In this document: piece after piece, positions 1-14,415 of the stretch
Numbering within the stretch: position 1 is the first letter of the stretch
Layout of the letters: every line of letters begins with the position of its first letter
Assembly: GCF_055900595.2 (NCBI RefSeq)
Contig: NZ_CM148325.1
Direction: 5' to 3' (one strand)
DNA length: 64,000 nt
Notes under the pieces: model-generated
Seen by the model: only the letters and a program-made list of their open reading frames with translations
What the model was told of the DNA's origin: nothing
Database searches by the model: none
Position numbers and translations under genes: made by a program

Positions 1-1404
1 GTGTCACTTTCGCTTTGGCAGCAGTGTCTTGCCCGATTGCAGGATGAGTTACCAGCCACAGAATTCAGTATGTGGATACGCCCATTGCAGGCGGAACTGA
101 GCGATAACACGCTGGCCCTGTACGCGCCAAACCGTTTTGTCCTCGATTGGGTACGGGACAAGTACCTTAATAATATCAATGGACTGCTAACCAGTTTCTG
201 CGGAGCGGATGCCCCACAGCTGCGTTTTGAAGTCGGCACCAAACCGGTGACACAAACGCCACAAGCGGCAGTGACGAGCAACGTCGCGGCCCCAGCACAG
301 GTGGCGCATGCGCAGCCGCAACGTGTTGCGCCTTCTACGCGTTCCGGTTGGGATAACGTCCCGGCTCCGGCAGAACCGACCTATCGTTCTAACGTAAACG
401 TCAAACACACGTTTGATAACTTCGTTGAAGGTAAATCTAACCAACTGGCGCGCGCGGCGGCTCGTCAGGTGGCTGATAACCCTGGCGGTGCCTATAACCC
501 GTTGTTCCTTTATGGCGGCACGGGTCTGGGTAAAACTCACCTGCTGCATGCGGTGGGTAACGGCATTATGGCGCGTAAGCCGAATGCCAAAGTGGTTTAT
601 ATGCACTCCGAGCGCTTTGTTCAGGACATGGTTAAAGCCCTGCAAAACAACGCGATCGAAGAGTTTAAACGCTACTACCGTTCCGTAGATGCACTACTGA
701 TCGACGATATTCAGTTTTTTGCTAATAAAGAACGATCTCAGGAAGAGTTTTTCCACACCTTCAACGCCCTGCTGGAAGGTAACCAGCAGATCATTCTCAC
801 CTCGGATCGCTATCCGAAAGAGATCAACGGCGTTGAGGATCGTCTGAAATCCCGCTTCGGTTGGGGACTGACTGTGGCGATCGAACCGCCAGAGTTAGAA
901 ACCCGCGTGGCGATCCTGATGAAAAAGGCCGACGAAAACGACATTCGTTTGCCGGGCGAAGTGGCGTTCTTTATCGCCAAGCGTCTACGCTCTAACGTAC
1001 GTGAGCTGGAAGGGGCGTTGAACCGCGTCATTGCTAACGCCAACTTTACCGGACGGGCGATCACCATCGACTTCGTGCGTGAGGCGCTGCGCGACTTGCT
1101 GGCATTGCAGGAAAAACTGGTCACCATCGACAATATTCAGAAGACGGTGGCAGAGTACTACAAGATCAAAGTTGCGGATCTCCTTTCCAAGCGTCGATCC
1201 CGCTCGGTGGCGCGTCCGCGCCAGATGGCGATGGCGCTGGCGAAAGAGTTGACTAACCACAGTCTGCCCGAGATTGGCGATGCGTTTGGTGGTCGTGACC
1301 ACACAACGGTGCTTCATGCTTGCCGGAAGATCGAGCAGTTGCGTGAAGAGAGCCACGATATCAAAGAAGATTTTTCAAATTTAATCAGAACATTGTCATC
1401 GTAA
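1..1404 (+). CDS. dnaA: Chromosomal replication initiator DnaA (467 aa, GTG start at position 1)
   Basis: Full-length translation matches E. coli DnaA from [13 protein letters not shown] through the AAA+ Walker [10 protein letters not shown] to C-terminal DNA-binding helix; window begins at its GTG start. Confidence 0.98.
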   Translation: MSLSLWQQCLARLQDELPATEFSMWIRPLQAELSDNTLALYAPNRFVLDWVRDKYLNNINGLLTSFCGADAPQLRFEVGTKPVTQTPQAAVTSNVAAPAQVAHAQPQRVAPSTRSGWDNVPAPAEPTYRSNVNVKHTFDNFVEGKSNQLARAAARQVADNPGGAYNPLFLYGGTGLGKTHLLHAVGNGIMARKPNAKVVYMHSERFVQDMVKALQNNAIEEFKRYYRSVDALLIDDIQFFANKERSQEEFFHTFNALLEGNQQIILTSDRYPKEINGVEDRLKSRFGWGLTVAIEPPELETRVAILMKKADENDIRLPGEVAFFIAKRLRSNVRELEGALNRVIANANFTGRAITIDFVREALRDLLALQEKLVTIDNIQKTVAEYYKIKVADLLSKRRSRSVARPRQMAMALAKELTNHSLPEIGDAFGGRDHTTVLHACRKIEQLREESHDIKEDFSNLIRTLSS

Positions 1405-1408
1405 ACCT

Positions 1409-2508
1409 ATGAAATTTACCGTAGAACGTGAGCATTTATTAAAACCGCTACAACAGGTGAGCGGTCCGTTAGGTGGTCGTCCTACGCTACCGATTCTCGG
1501 TAATCTGCTGTTACAGGTTGCTGACGGTACGTTGTCGCTGACCGGTACCGATCTCGAGATGGAAATGGTGGCACGTGTTGCGCTGGTTCAGCCGCACGAA
1601 CCAGGGGCGACGACCGTTCCGGCGCGCAAATTCTTTGATATCTGCCGTGGTCTGCCTGAAGGCGCGGAAATTGCCGTGCAACTGGAAGGTGAGCGGATGC
1701 TGGTGCGTTCCGGGCGTAGCCGTTTTTCGCTTTCCACCCTGCCAGCAGCAGATTTCCCGAACCTCGATGACTGGCAGAGCGAAGTCGAATTTACCCTGCC
1801 GCAGGCGACGATGAAGCGTCTGATTGAAGCGACTCAGTTTTCGATGGCGCATCAGGATGTTCGCTATTACTTAAACGGTATGCTGTTCGAAACCGAAGGT
1901 GAAGAACTGCGTACCGTGGCGACCGACGGTCACCGTCTGGCGGTCTGTTCCATGCCAATTGGTCAGTCTTTGCCAAGCCATTCGGTGATCGTGCCGCGTA
2001 AAGGTGTGATTGAACTGATGCGTATGCTCGACGGCGGCGACAATCCGCTGCGCGTGCAGATTGGCAGCAACAACATTCGCGCCCACGTTGGCGACTTTAT
2101 CTTCACCTCCAAACTGGTGGATGGTCGCTTCCCGGATTATCGCCGCGTTCTGCCGAAGAACCCGGACAAACATCTGGAAGCAGGCTGCGATCTGCTCAAG
2201 CAGGCGTTTGCCCGTGCAGCGATCCTCTCCAACGAGAAATTCCGCGGCGTGCGTCTGTATGTCAGCGAAAATCAGCTGAAAATCACCGCCAATAACCCGG
2301 AACAGGAAGAAGCGGAAGAGATCCTCGACGTTACCTATAGCGGTGCGGAGATGGAAATTGGCTTCAACGTCAGCTATGTGCTGGATGTTCTGAACGCGCT
2401 GAAATGCGAAAACGTGCGCATGATGCTGACCGATTCGGTTTCCAGTGTGCAGATTGAAGATGCCGCATCACAGTCGGCTGCCTATGTTGTCATGCCAATG
2501 AGACTGTA

Positions 2509-2509
<1 letters not shown>
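1409..2509 (+). CDS. dnaN: DNA polymerase III beta sliding clamp
   Basis: 366-aa [20 protein letters not shown]...VVMPMRL, 4 nt after dnaA stop; classic dnaA-dnaN-recF operon order. Confidence 0.98.
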
Positions 2510-6025
<3,516 letters not shown>

Positions 6026-6047
6026 TGGCGTTAACAATGCGAGCGTG

Positions 6048-6145
6048 CCTGATGCGCTACGCTTATCAGGCCTACGAGACTCCTGCAATATTTTGAATTT
6101 GCATGATTTTGTAGGCCGGATCAGACGTTAACGCCGCATTCGGCA
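6048..6145. repeat. REP/BIME element (two inverted palindromic units) downstream of gyrB
   Basis: gcctgatgcgctacgcttatcaggcctac and gtaggccggatcagacgttaacgccgcattcggca are typical E. coli REP palindromic units in opposite orientation. Confidence 0.7.
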
Positions 6146-6158
6146 AGAAGCTATAAGA

Positions 6159-6190
6159 AAAGGGCGGAGATCATCTCCGCCCTTTTTATT
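6159..6190 (+). terminator. Rho-independent terminator after gyrB
   Basis: aaaagggcggagatcatctccgccctttttatt: GC stem gggcggaga/tctccgccc followed by T-run. Confidence 0.75.
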
Positions 6191-6264
6191 TCTGCAATCC
6201 GTAATTATCATTCCGCAGAACTATACTTTTTGAGTCAACACGTAACGCTTTACAGGTGATTATC

Positions 6265-6663
6265 ATGGGACTTTTGGATGAAGTTGTCGGCGCCTTTCTG
6301 AAAGGCGATGCGGGGAAATATCAGGCTATTTTGAGTTGGGTTGAGGAGCAGGGTGGCATTCAGGTGCTGTTGGAAAAACTGCAAAGTGGCGGCTTAGGTG
6401 CCATTCTCTCAACCTGGTTGAGTAATCAACAGGGCAATCAGCCGGTGAGCGGCGAGCAACTGGAGTCGGCGCTCGGCACAAATGCGGTGTCCGATCTCGG
6501 GCAAAAACTGGGTGTAGATGCCAGTACGGCTTCCAGCTTGCTGGCAGAGCAACTGCCAAAGATTATTGATGCTCTCTCACCGCAGGGTGAAGTGTCTTCG
6601 CAAGCCAATAACGATCTGCTTTCCGCAGGCATGGAACTGCTGAAAGGGAAACTCTTCCGCTAA
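6265..6663 (+). CDS. yidB: Conserved small protein YidB (DUF937-like)
   Basis: ORF MGLLDEVVGAFLKGDAGKYQAILSWVEEQGG...; start chosen at ATG giving 132 aa as in K-12 (ORF track begins 9 nt upstream). Confidence 0.85.
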   Translation: MGLLDEVVGAFLKGDAGKYQAILSWVEEQGGIQVLLEKLQSGGLGAILSTWLSNQQGNQPVSGEQLESALGTNAVSDLGQKLGVDASTASSLLAEQLPKIIDALSPQGEVSSQANNDLLSAGMELLKGKLFR

Positions 6664-6777
6664 GCAAAAGGGGAGCATGCAACGCGCGTTGCATCCCCCT
6701 TTTCCCTCGGGTGTTGTACTGATTTTTGAGCGGAATCGCGTTAGCATGGGTCAGGAACCAATCTACCTGGGGAACTC

Positions 6778-7590
6778 ATGGCTATCAAACTCATTGCTAT
6801 CGATATGGATGGCACCCTTCTGCTGCCCGATCACACCATTTCACCCGCTGTTAAAAACGCGATTGCCGCAGCTCGCGCCCGTGGCGTGAATGTCGTGCTA
6901 ACGACGGGTCGCCCTTATGCAGGTGTTCACAACTACCTGAAAGAGCTGCATATGGAACAGCCGGGCGATTACTGCATTACTTATAACGGCGCGCTGGTAC
7001 AGAAGGCCGCCGATGGTAGCACCGTGGCGCAAACCGCTCTGAGCTATGAAGACTACCGTTTCCTGGAAAAACTCTCTCGCGAAGTCGGTTCTCATTTCCA
7101 CGCCCTGGACCGCACCACGCTGTACACCGCCAACCGTGATATCAGCTACTACACGGTGCATGAATCTTTCGTTGCCACTATTCCGCTGGTGTTCTGCGAA
7201 GCGGAGAAAATGGACCCCAATACCCAGTTCCTGAAAGTGATGATGATTGATGAACCCGCCATCCTCGACCAGGCTATCGCGCGTATTCCGCAGGAAGTGA
7301 AAGAGAAATATACCGTGCTGAAAAGTGCGCCGTACTTCCTCGAAATCCTCGATAAACGCGTTAACAAAGGTACGGGTGTGAAATCACTGGCCGATGTGCT
7401 GGGCATTAAGCCGGAAGAAATCATGGCGATTGGCGATCAGGAAAACGACATCGCAATGATTGAATATGCAGGTGTTGGTGTGGCAATGGATAACGCTATT
7501 CCTTCGGTGAAAGAAGTGGCGAACTTTGTCACCAAATCCAACCTGGAAGATGGCGTGGCGTTTGCTATTGAGAAGTATGTGCTGAATTAA
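6778..7590 (+). CDS. yidA: HAD-family sugar phosphatase YidA
   Basis: 270-aa ORF starting MAIKLIAIDMDGTLL (HAD motif I DxDGT) and containing GDQENDIAM (motif IV). Confidence 0.93.
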   Translation: MAIKLIAIDMDGTLLLPDHTISPAVKNAIAAARARGVNVVLTTGRPYAGVHNYLKELHMEQPGDYCITYNGALVQKAADGSTVAQTALSYEDYRFLEKLSREVGSHFHALDRTTLYTANRDISYYTVHESFVATIPLVFCEAEKMDPNTQFLKVMMIDEPAILDQAIARIPQEVKEKYTVLKSAPYFLEILDKRVNKGTGVKSLADVLGIKPEEIMAIGDQENDIAMIEYAGVGVAMDNAIPSVKEVANFVTKSNLEDGVAFAIEKYVLN

Positions 7591-7633
7591 TCAGTGGGAG
7601 GGCAAACTGCATAAATGCGTTTGCCCGCAGCGA

Positions 7634-8290
7634 TTAACAATTTCTGGTCGTGCATAAAATCAGGAACTGGAGTGGTGACGTTACTATATCCAGCGTAAGA
7701 GTGACTGGTAGCAGTGCATTAGCGAGGCCGCGCGGAACGCCATCAGTTGCTTTGTACTTATAAAATCCCACCGTAAAGGGTTGATGGAAAACCATCACGT
7801 TTGAGTAATCCGCTTTTTTATTTTTCTGGTGGATAGAGCCTTTCAGGCCGTCAAGTGCCCAGGTACAACGCTGGGTATTACAAATAAAACCATATTGTGT
7901 CGCCAGTGCTTTATCTTCCTCATTATCCCAGTCGTAATAGAGCGTTATTGAACCAGAAAAATTAGTATCACTGCTGCTTAAAATAAATTTCGCGTTATCG
8001 GAAACGGTGATTCTTTCGCCATGAATTGCCGGATCGTTCAGCATTTTAACCACCTCGCCGCCGCCCGTGGTCAACAGATAGTCCAACGATTCACCAACAA
8101 AAACATAGCCTTTCGTACCGTTACTATCCTCTGCCAGCGATAACCCCTTAATCGAGTCTGACCGCCATTGCTCGGCATGTGGAGGACTTGCGGTATTGAA
8201 AAGCAGTCCTGCGGTTAGACATCCGGTCAACGCAAATGCCAAAGAACACAAACCGGCAGCCTTAAAAAATCCCTTAAAATTCAACTTCAT
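7634..8290 (-). CDS. yidX: Predicted lipoprotein YidX
   Basis: Minus-strand ORF; internal ATG at 8290 gives MKLNFKGFFKAAGLCSLAFALTGC (signal peptide with lipobox LTGC). ORF track extends to 8407 but that N-terminal extension lacks signal features. Confidence 0.8.
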   Translation of the reverse strand: MKLNFKGFFKAAGLCSLAFALTGCLTAGLLFNTASPPHAEQWRSDSIKGLSLAEDSNGTKGYVFVGESLDYLLTTGGGEVVKMLNDPAIHGERITVSDNAKFILSSSDTNFSGSITLYYDWDNEEDKALATQYGFICNTQRCTWALDGLKGSIHQKNKKADYSNVMVFHQPFTVGFYKYKATDGVPRGLANALLPVTLTLDIVTSPLQFLILCTTRNC

Positions 8291-8425
8291 GACTAATCCT
8301 TTAAACGAGTAGCTAAGCCGTTGAAAGCATACTCTTCTTTCCCTCCTGTTTAGCGCCTGATATCCCTTTTCAGATTTCTGCCCGACGCATGTCATTTTTT
8401 TATGCATTGTTCTTTTTGTGATCTA

Positions 8426-8503
8426 AATTGTAGTACAACAATATTGGTTTGTACTACATTACACGCACGGCAAACGCGAACGTCATCACGCTGGTACTAC
8501 AAA
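8426..8503. promoter_or_regulatory. dgo promoter/operator region with three GTACTACA/TGTAGTAC motifs (putative DgoR operators)
   Basis: aattgtagtacaacaatattggtttgtactacatt (inverted repeat) and ggtactacaaaa 35-65 nt upstream of dgoR start; GntR/FadR-type repressors bind such t-GT-N-AC-a palindromes. Confidence 0.55.
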
Positions 8504-8567
8504 ATTGCCGCGTTATGCATCGATCGGGGTAAAGTAGAGAAGTACATACAGAGCACAAGGACTCTCC

Positions 8568-9257
8568 ATGACTCTCAATAAAACCGATCGCATCGTCATT
8601 ACGCTGGGTAAACAGATCGTTCACGGCAAATACGTGCCAGGCTCGCCGCTTCCGGCCGAAGCGGAACTTTGTGAGGAGTTTGCAACCTCGCGCAACATCA
8701 TCCGTGAGGTGTTTCGTTCGCTGATGGCGAAGCGGCTGATTGAAATGAAACGTTATCGCGGGGCGTTTGTGGCACCGCGTAATCAGTGGAATTACCTCGA
8801 TACTGACGTGCTGCAATGGGTGCTGGAAAACGACTACGACCCACGGCTTATCAGTGCAATGAGCGAAGTGCGAAATCTGGTGGAACCGGCGATTGCCCGT
8901 TGGGCGGCAGAGCGCGCGACTTCCAGCGATCTGGCGCAGATTGAATCAGCGCTGAACGAGATGATCGCCAACAATCAGGACCGCGAAGCGTTTAACGAAG
9001 CGGATATTCGCTATCACGAGGCGGTACTGCAATCAGTGCATAACCCGGTGTTACAGCAACTTAGCATTGCGATTAGTTCATTACAGCGGGCGGTTTTTGA
9101 ACGAACCTGGATGGGCGATGAGGCCAACATGCCGCAAACGCTCCAGGAACATAAGGCGCTGTTTGATGCGATACGGCATCAGGACGGCGATGCGGCAGAG
9201 CAGGCGGCGCTTACCATGATCGCCAGCTCGACACGAAGGTTAAAGGAAATCACATGA
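8568..9257 (+). CDS. dgoR: Galactonate operon repressor DgoR (GntR/FadR family)
   Basis: 229-aa ORF MTLNKTDRIVITLGKQIVHGKYVPGSPLPAEAELCEEFATSRNIIREVFRSL with N-terminal GntR HTH; first gene of dgoRKADT. Confidence 0.93.
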   Translation: MTLNKTDRIVITLGKQIVHGKYVPGSPLPAEAELCEEFATSRNIIREVFRSLMAKRLIEMKRYRGAFVAPRNQWNYLDTDVLQWVLENDYDPRLISAMSEVRNLVEPAIARWAAERATSSDLAQIESALNEMIANNQDREAFNEADIRYHEAVLQSVHNPVLQQLSIAISSLQRAVFERTWMGDEANMPQTLQEHKALFDAIRHQDGDAAEQAALTMIASSTRRLKEIT

Positions 9258-10132
9258 CAGCTCGCTACATCGCAATTGACTGGGGATCGACCAATCTGCG
9301 CGCCTGGCTTTATCAGGGCGACCACTGCCTGGACAGCAGGCAATCAGAAGCAGGCGTTACGCGTCTGAACGGAAAATCTCCGGCTGCGGTGTTAGCAGAA
9401 GTGACGACCGACTGGCGTGAAGAGAATACGCCAGTGGTGATGGCAGGAATGGTCGGCAGCAATGTCGGCTGGAAAGTTGCGCCGTATTTATCTGTTCCTG
9501 CCCGTTTTTCATCTATTGGCGAACAATTAACGTCTGTTGGCGACAATATCTGGATTATTCCCGGATTATGCGTTTCTCATGATGATAACCACAATGTGAT
9601 GCGCGGCGAAGAAACACAATTGATCGGCGCGCGTACTTTGGCTCCTTCCTCTCTTTATGTCATGCCCGGTACGCATTGCAAATGGGTGCAGGCCGATAGC
9701 CAGCAAATCAACGATTTTCGCACCGTAATGACCGGTGAGTTACATCATTTACTGTTAAATCACTCATTGATTGGCGCAGGTTTACCGCGGCAGGAAAACT
9801 CTGCCGATGCCTTCGCGGCTGGCCTTGAGCGCGGCCTTAATGCGCCCGCAATATTGCCGCAGCTTTTTGAAGTTCGTGCCTCGCATGTGCTAGGAACACT
9901 TCCCCGTGTACAGGTCAGCGAATTTCTCTCTGGTTTGTTGATTGGCGCAGAGGTCGCCAGTATGCGCGACTACGTGGCCCATCAACACGCCATCACCCTT
10001 GTCGCCGGAACATCGCTGACTGCACGCTACCAGCAAGCCTTTCAGGCGATGGGTTGCGAGGTGACGGCGGTGGCGGGCGACACGGCATTTCAGGCTGGTA
10101 TAAGGAGCATCGCTCATGCAGTGGCAAACTAA
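9254..10132 (+). CDS. dgoK: 2-dehydro-3-deoxygalactonokinase
   Basis: 292-aa ORF MTARYIAIDWGSTNLRAWLYQ...; overlaps dgoR stop by 4 nt (translational coupling). Confidence 0.93.
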   Translation: MTARYIAIDWGSTNLRAWLYQGDHCLDSRQSEAGVTRLNGKSPAAVLAEVTTDWREENTPVVMAGMVGSNVGWKVAPYLSVPARFSSIGEQLTSVGDNIWIIPGLCVSHDDNHNVMRGEETQLIGARTLAPSSLYVMPGTHCKWVQADSQQINDFRTVMTGELHHLLLNHSLIGAGLPRQENSADAFAAGLERGLNAPAILPQLFEVRASHVLGTLPRVQVSEFLSGLLIGAEVASMRDYVAHQHAITLVAGTSLTARYQQAFQAMGCEVTAVAGDTAFQAGIRSIAHAVAN

Positions 10133-10733
10133 ACTCCCGCTGATCGCCATTTTGCGCGGCATTACGCCCGACGAGGCGCTGGCGCATGTTGGCGCGGTGA
10201 TTGACGCTGGGTTCGACGCGGTAGAAATCCCGCTGAACTCTCCACTATGGGAACAAAGCATTCCCGCCATCGTTGATGCGTATGGCGATAAAGCGTTGAT
10301 TGGCGCAGGTACGGTACTGAAACCTGAACAGGTCGATGCGCTCGCCAGGATGGGCTGTCAGCTCATCGTTACGCCCAATATCCATAGTGAAGTGATCCGC
10401 CGCGCGGTGGGCTATGGCATGACCGTTTGCCCCGGCTGCGCGACGGCGACTGAAGCCTTTACCGCGATCGACGCGGGCGCTCAGGCGCTGAAAATATTCC
10501 CGTCATCGGCTTTTGGGCCGCAATACATCAAAGCGTTAAAAGCGGTATTACCGCAGGACATCCCGGTCTTTGCCGTAGGCGGTGTGACGCCAGAAAACCT
10601 GGCGCAGTGGATAGACGCAGGTTGTGCAGGGGCGGGCTTAGGCAGCGATCTCTATCGCGCCGGGCAGTCCGTAGAACGCACCGCGCAGCAGGCAGCAGCA
10701 TTTGTTAAGGCGTATCGAGAGGCAGTGCAATGA
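10116..10733 (+). CDS. dgoA: 2-dehydro-3-deoxy-6-phosphogalactonate aldolase
   Basis: 205-aa [24 protein letters not shown]... (KDPG-aldolase fold signature), overlapping dgoK end. Confidence 0.93.
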   Translation: MQWQTKLPLIAILRGITPDEALAHVGAVIDAGFDAVEIPLNSPLWEQSIPAIVDAYGDKALIGAGTVLKPEQVDALARMGCQLIVTPNIHSEVIRRAVGYGMTVCPGCATATEAFTAIDAGAQALKIFPSSAFGPQYIKALKAVLPQDIPVFAVGGVTPENLAQWIDAGCAGAGLGSDLYRAGQSVERTAQQAAAFVKAYREAVQ

Positions 10734-11878
10734 AAATCACCAACATTACTACGTATCGTTTACCTCCCCGCTGGATGTTCCTGAAAATTGAAACTGATGA
10801 AGGCGTGGTCGGTTGGGGCGAGCCCGTGATCGAAGGCCGCGCCCGCACGGTGGAAGCGGCAGTTCACGAGCTGGGTGACTATTTGATTGGTCAGGCTCCA
10901 TCGCGCATCAATGACTTATGGCAAGTGATGTATCGCGCCGGATTTTATCGTGGCGGTCCGATTCTGATGAGCGCCATCGCCGGGATCGACCAGGCGTTAT
11001 GGGATATCAAAGGTAAAGTGCTGAATGCGCCGGTCTGGCAATTGATGGGTGGCCTGGTTCGCGACAAAATTAAAGCCTACAGTTGGGTCGGTGGCGATCG
11101 TCCGGCGGATGTTATCGACGGCATTAAAACGCTACGCGAAATCGGCTTCGATACCTTCAAACTGAACGGTTGTGAAGAGCTGGGATTGATTGATAACTCC
11201 CGCGCGGTAGATGCGGCGGTCAACACCGTGGCACAAATTCGTGAAGCTTTTGGCAATCAGATTGAGTTTGGTCTTGATTTCCACGGTCGCGTCAGCGCGC
11301 CGATGGCGAAAGTGCTGATTAAAGAACTGGAACCGTATCGCCCTCTGTTTATTGAAGAGCCGGTGCTGGCGGAACAAGCCGAATACTACCCGAAACTGGC
11401 GGCACAAACGCATATTCCACTGGCGGCGGGTGAGCGCATGTTCTCACGCTTCGATTTTAAACGCGTGCTGGAAGCTGGCGGTATTTCGATTCTGCAACCG
11501 GATCTCTCCCACGCAGGCGGTATTACCGAATGCTACAAAATTGCCGGAATGGCGGAAGCCTATGACGTGACCCTTGCGCCGCACTGTCCGCTCGGCCCGA
11601 TTGCACTGGCGGCTTGCCTGCATATCGACTTTGTTTCCTATAACGCGGTACTTCAGGAACAAAGTATGGGCATTCATTACAACAAAGGCGCGGAGTTACT
11701 CGACTTTGTGAAAAATAAAGAAGACTTCAGCATGGTCGGCGGCTTCTTTAAACCGTTAATGAAACCGGGCTTAGGCGTGGAAATCGACGAAGCCAAAGTC
11801 ATTGAGTTCAGTAAAAATGCCCCGGACTGGCGTAATCCGCTCTGGCGTCATGAAGATAACAGCGTAGCAGAGTGGTAA
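10730..11878 (+). CDS. dgoD: D-galactonate dehydratase (enolase superfamily)
   Basis: 382-aa [35 protein letters not shown]...; overlaps dgoA stop by 4 nt. Confidence 0.95.
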   Translation: MKITNITTYRLPPRWMFLKIETDEGVVGWGEPVIEGRARTVEAAVHELGDYLIGQAPSRINDLWQVMYRAGFYRGGPILMSAIAGIDQALWDIKGKVLNAPVWQLMGGLVRDKIKAYSWVGGDRPADVIDGIKTLREIGFDTFKLNGCEELGLIDNSRAVDAAVNTVAQIREAFGNQIEFGLDFHGRVSAPMAKVLIKELEPYRPLFIEEPVLAEQAEYYPKLAAQTHIPLAAGERMFSRFDFKRVLEAGGISILQPDLSHAGGITECYKIAGMAEAYDVTLAPHCPLGPIALAACLHIDFVSYNAVLQEQSMGIHYNKGAELLDFVKNKEDFSMVGGFFKPLMKPGLGVEIDEAKVIEFSKNAPDWRNPLWRHEDNSVAEW

Positions 11879-11997
11879 TTCCTGCCACGTAAGCCCCTCA
11901 TCGGGCACTAAAACAGCAATACAAAAATATAACCCTCTGTACATTACAGGGCATGGTGAGCGGCTTCGCTATGCCCAAAATCTGGAGAAAGCTCGCT

Positions 11998-13290
11998 ATG
12001 GATATTCCCGTTAATGCAGCAAAACCGGGGCGTCGGCGTTATCTGACGCTGGTGATGATCTTTATTACGGTGGTCATTTGTTATGTTGACCGCGCTAACC
12101 TGGCCGTGGCTTCCGCCCATATTCAGGAAGAGTTCGGCATTACCAAAGCGGAAATGGGCTATGTATTTTCGGCCTTCGCCTGGCTATATACCTTATGCCA
12201 GATCCCCGGCGGTTGGTTTTTAGATCGCGTAGGTTCTCGCGTGACTTATTTTATTGCGATATTTGGCTGGTCAGTGGCGACGTTATTCCAGGGCTTTGCC
12301 ACGGGCTTAATGTCATTAATTGGTCTGCGCGCGATAACCGGTATTTTCGAAGCGCCCGCGTTCCCGACCAATAACCGGATGGTGACCAGCTGGTTCCCGG
12401 AACATGAACGCGCTTCCGCCGTGGGTTTTTATACGTCTGGTCAGTTTGTCGGTCTGGCGTTTCTGACTCCGCTGCTGATCTGGATTCAGGAAATGTTGAG
12501 CTGGCACTGGGTGTTCATTGTCACCGGCGGTATCGGCATTATCTGGTCGCTGATTTGGTTTAAGGTTTATCAGCCGCCGCGCCTGACCAAAGGCATTAGC
12601 AAAGCTGAACTGGATTACATTCGTGACGGCGGCGGTCTGGTGGATGGCGATGCGCCAGTGAAAAAAGAGTCGCGTCAGCCGCTAACAGCCAAAGACTGGA
12701 AACTGGTGTTCCATCGTAAACTGATCGGCGTCTATCTTGGGCAATTTGCGGTGGCTTCTACACTGTGGTTCTTCTTAACCTGGTTCCCGAACTATTTAAC
12801 CCAGGAAAAAGGAATCACAGCGCTGAAAGCGGGCTTTATGACCACGGTGCCATTCCTTGCGGCGTTTGTTGGCGTCCTGCTCTCAGGCTGGGTCGCGGAT
12901 CTGCTGGTACGTAAGGGCTTTTCACTGGGCTTTGCGCGTAAAACGCCGATTATCTGCGGTTTGCTGATCTCCACCTGCATTATGGGCGCTAACTACACCA
13001 ACGATCCGATGATGATTATGTGCCTGATGGCGCTGGCATTCTTCGGCAACGGTTTTGCTTCGATTACCTGGTCGTTAGTCTCTTCTCTGGCACCGATGCG
13101 GCTGATTGGTTTAACCGGCGGCGTGTTTAACTTCGCCGGTGGTCTGGGCGGCATCACCGTTCCGCTGGTGGTGGGGTACCTGGCGCAGGGTTACGGTTTC
13201 GCGCCTGCACTGGTTTATATCTCCGCCGTCGCGTTGATTGGCGCGCTCTCTTACATCCTGCTGGTGGGCGATGTGAAGCGCGTTGGATAA
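11998..13290 (+). CDS. dgoT: D-galactonate:H+ symporter (MFS)
   Basis: ORF with start taken at [35 protein letters not shown] (430 aa); ORF track extends 45 nt upstream to 11953. Confidence 0.9.
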   Translation: MDIPVNAAKPGRRRYLTLVMIFITVVICYVDRANLAVASAHIQEEFGITKAEMGYVFSAFAWLYTLCQIPGGWFLDRVGSRVTYFIAIFGWSVATLFQGFATGLMSLIGLRAITGIFEAPAFPTNNRMVTSWFPEHERASAVGFYTSGQFVGLAFLTPLLIWIQEMLSWHWVFIVTGGIGIIWSLIWFKVYQPPRLTKGISKAELDYIRDGGGLVDGDAPVKKESRQPLTAKDWKLVFHRKLIGVYLGQFAVASTLWFFLTWFPNYLTQEKGITALKAGFMTTVPFLAAFVGVLLSGWVADLLVRKGFSLGFARKTPIICGLLISTCIMGANYTNDPMMIMCLMALAFFGNGFASITWSLVSSLAPMRLIGLTGGVFNFAGGLGGITVPLVVGYLAQGYGFAPALVYISAVALIGALSYILLVGDVKRVG

Positions 13291-14351
13291 TCTTTAAACT
13301 GTGGAATATGCGCCACACCACTGCGCATAATCCATTTTCTTAAAGCCGGTGCGGTCAGGCATCGGCTTTTTACTATTTTGCCGAAGAGTTTTAAACGCAG
13401 TTTGCGGGTGGCGCGCCAGTAAGCGGCGTTGCTCTTCTCCGGCTGCTTCAGTAACACCGAACGCAGAATCTCTGCACTATCCAGCGCATAGCTAATCCCC
13501 TCCAGCGAGCTGGCGCTGATAAATCCCGCCGCTTCACCAATCAGAAAGGCATTGTCCTTACCGCAGACAAAATCCTGCCAGCGTGAGGGAAACAGCACCG
13601 TGCATTTTTCGCTTTTTACCGCCTTACCAAACTGGAACTGAAAGGCGCTCATTTTCTCTTTTAGCGCCGTGAAGCGCGCCTGGCCGTCTTTCATTGGATA
13701 GGCACCGCCAAAGATAAAATAACCGTCTTTGCTGATACTCCATGAATAACAGTCAGTTATCGCATTATCAAAGATGCAGGAGTAGAACGGCACCGGATGT
13801 TTCTCTGCGAACCACTGCTGGATAGCGACATATTTACGAATTTGATGGTTCGGGTAGAGATGTCGCCGCACCATCGAGTTGGCACCATCGGAACCGACCA
13901 GATAGCGGGCGGTAATGTGTTGCTCCCAGCCGTCTGCGCGAAAAATGACATGCCATTTATCATCCTCGCGCCAGATTTTCCGGCACAGGCTGTCGTGGTA
14001 AACCTCAACGCTGGTGGGAATGAGCGATTTCATCCATAAGTCGAAAGCATGGCGATTAATATTGATATAGCTTCGCTGGTAGTTACGTGTAAGCGATGCG
14101 GCTACGTCGACGGTTTTGACGCTGAAAATCTGCGGATTGGCGATCACATCGACAGGCAGCGTCAGTCCATCGCGAATAAAAGATCGCTGCGCGTCCGGTG
14201 CCAGCAGACCGCCACAAGGCTTGCTGAAACCTTCAGTACCATGCTGGTGCTTTTTATCCAGCGCGATCACCTGCATTTTGCTGGCTAACTTTCGCGCCAA
14301 CGCCGAACCTGCCGGGCCGAGGCCAATAATCGCCACGTCGAAATGTTCCAT
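13251..14351 (-). CDS. cbrA: FAD-dependent oxidoreductase CbrA (YidS)
   Basis: Minus-strand [26 protein letters not shown] (GxGxxG FAD-binding motif at N-terminus); start codon uncertain (ATG at 14351 or 14369; alternative GTG at 14372). 3' end overlaps dgoT by 40 nt (convergent). Confidence 0.82.
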   Translation of the reverse strand: MEHFDVAIIGLGPAGSALARKLASKMQVIALDKKHQHGTEGFSKPCGGLLAPDAQRSFIRDGLTLPVDVIANPQIFSVKTVDVAASLTRNYQRSYININRHAFDLWMKSLIPTSVEVYHDSLCRKIWREDDKWHVIFRADGWEQHITARYLVGSDGANSMVRRHLYPNHQIRKYVAIQQWFAEKHPVPFYSCIFDNAITDCYSWSISKDGYFIFGGAYPMKDGQARFTALKEKMSAFQFQFGKAVKSEKCTVLFPSRWQDFVCGKDNAFLIGEAAGFISASSLEGISYALDSAEILRSVLLKQPEKSNAAYWRATRKLRLKLFGKIVKSRCLTAPALRKWIMRSGVAHIPQFKDYPTRFTSPTSRM

Positions 14352-14415
14352 CTTTTCACTCACATTCATCACGATGGCAAAAGACTATTGTCTGAAAGTG
14401 AAGTCCTTGTGAAGT

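Noticed and set aside
1-1404. oriC / DnaA-box cluster at the start of the window
   Set aside because: The window begins at the dnaA start codon, so the dnaA promoter DnaA boxes lie upstream outside the window, and E. coli oriC is tens of kb away near mnmG/mioC.
187-2173. Several 60-152-aa ORFs on both strands within dnaA and dnaN
   Set aside because: All embedded in the conserved dnaA/dnaN coding sequences; chance open frames.
7600-7628. Hairpin gggcaaactgcataaatgcgtttgccc between convergent yidA and yidX as a terminator
   Set aside because: Good stem but no adjacent T-run on either strand; may still act as a weak bidirectional terminator, but not confidently callable.
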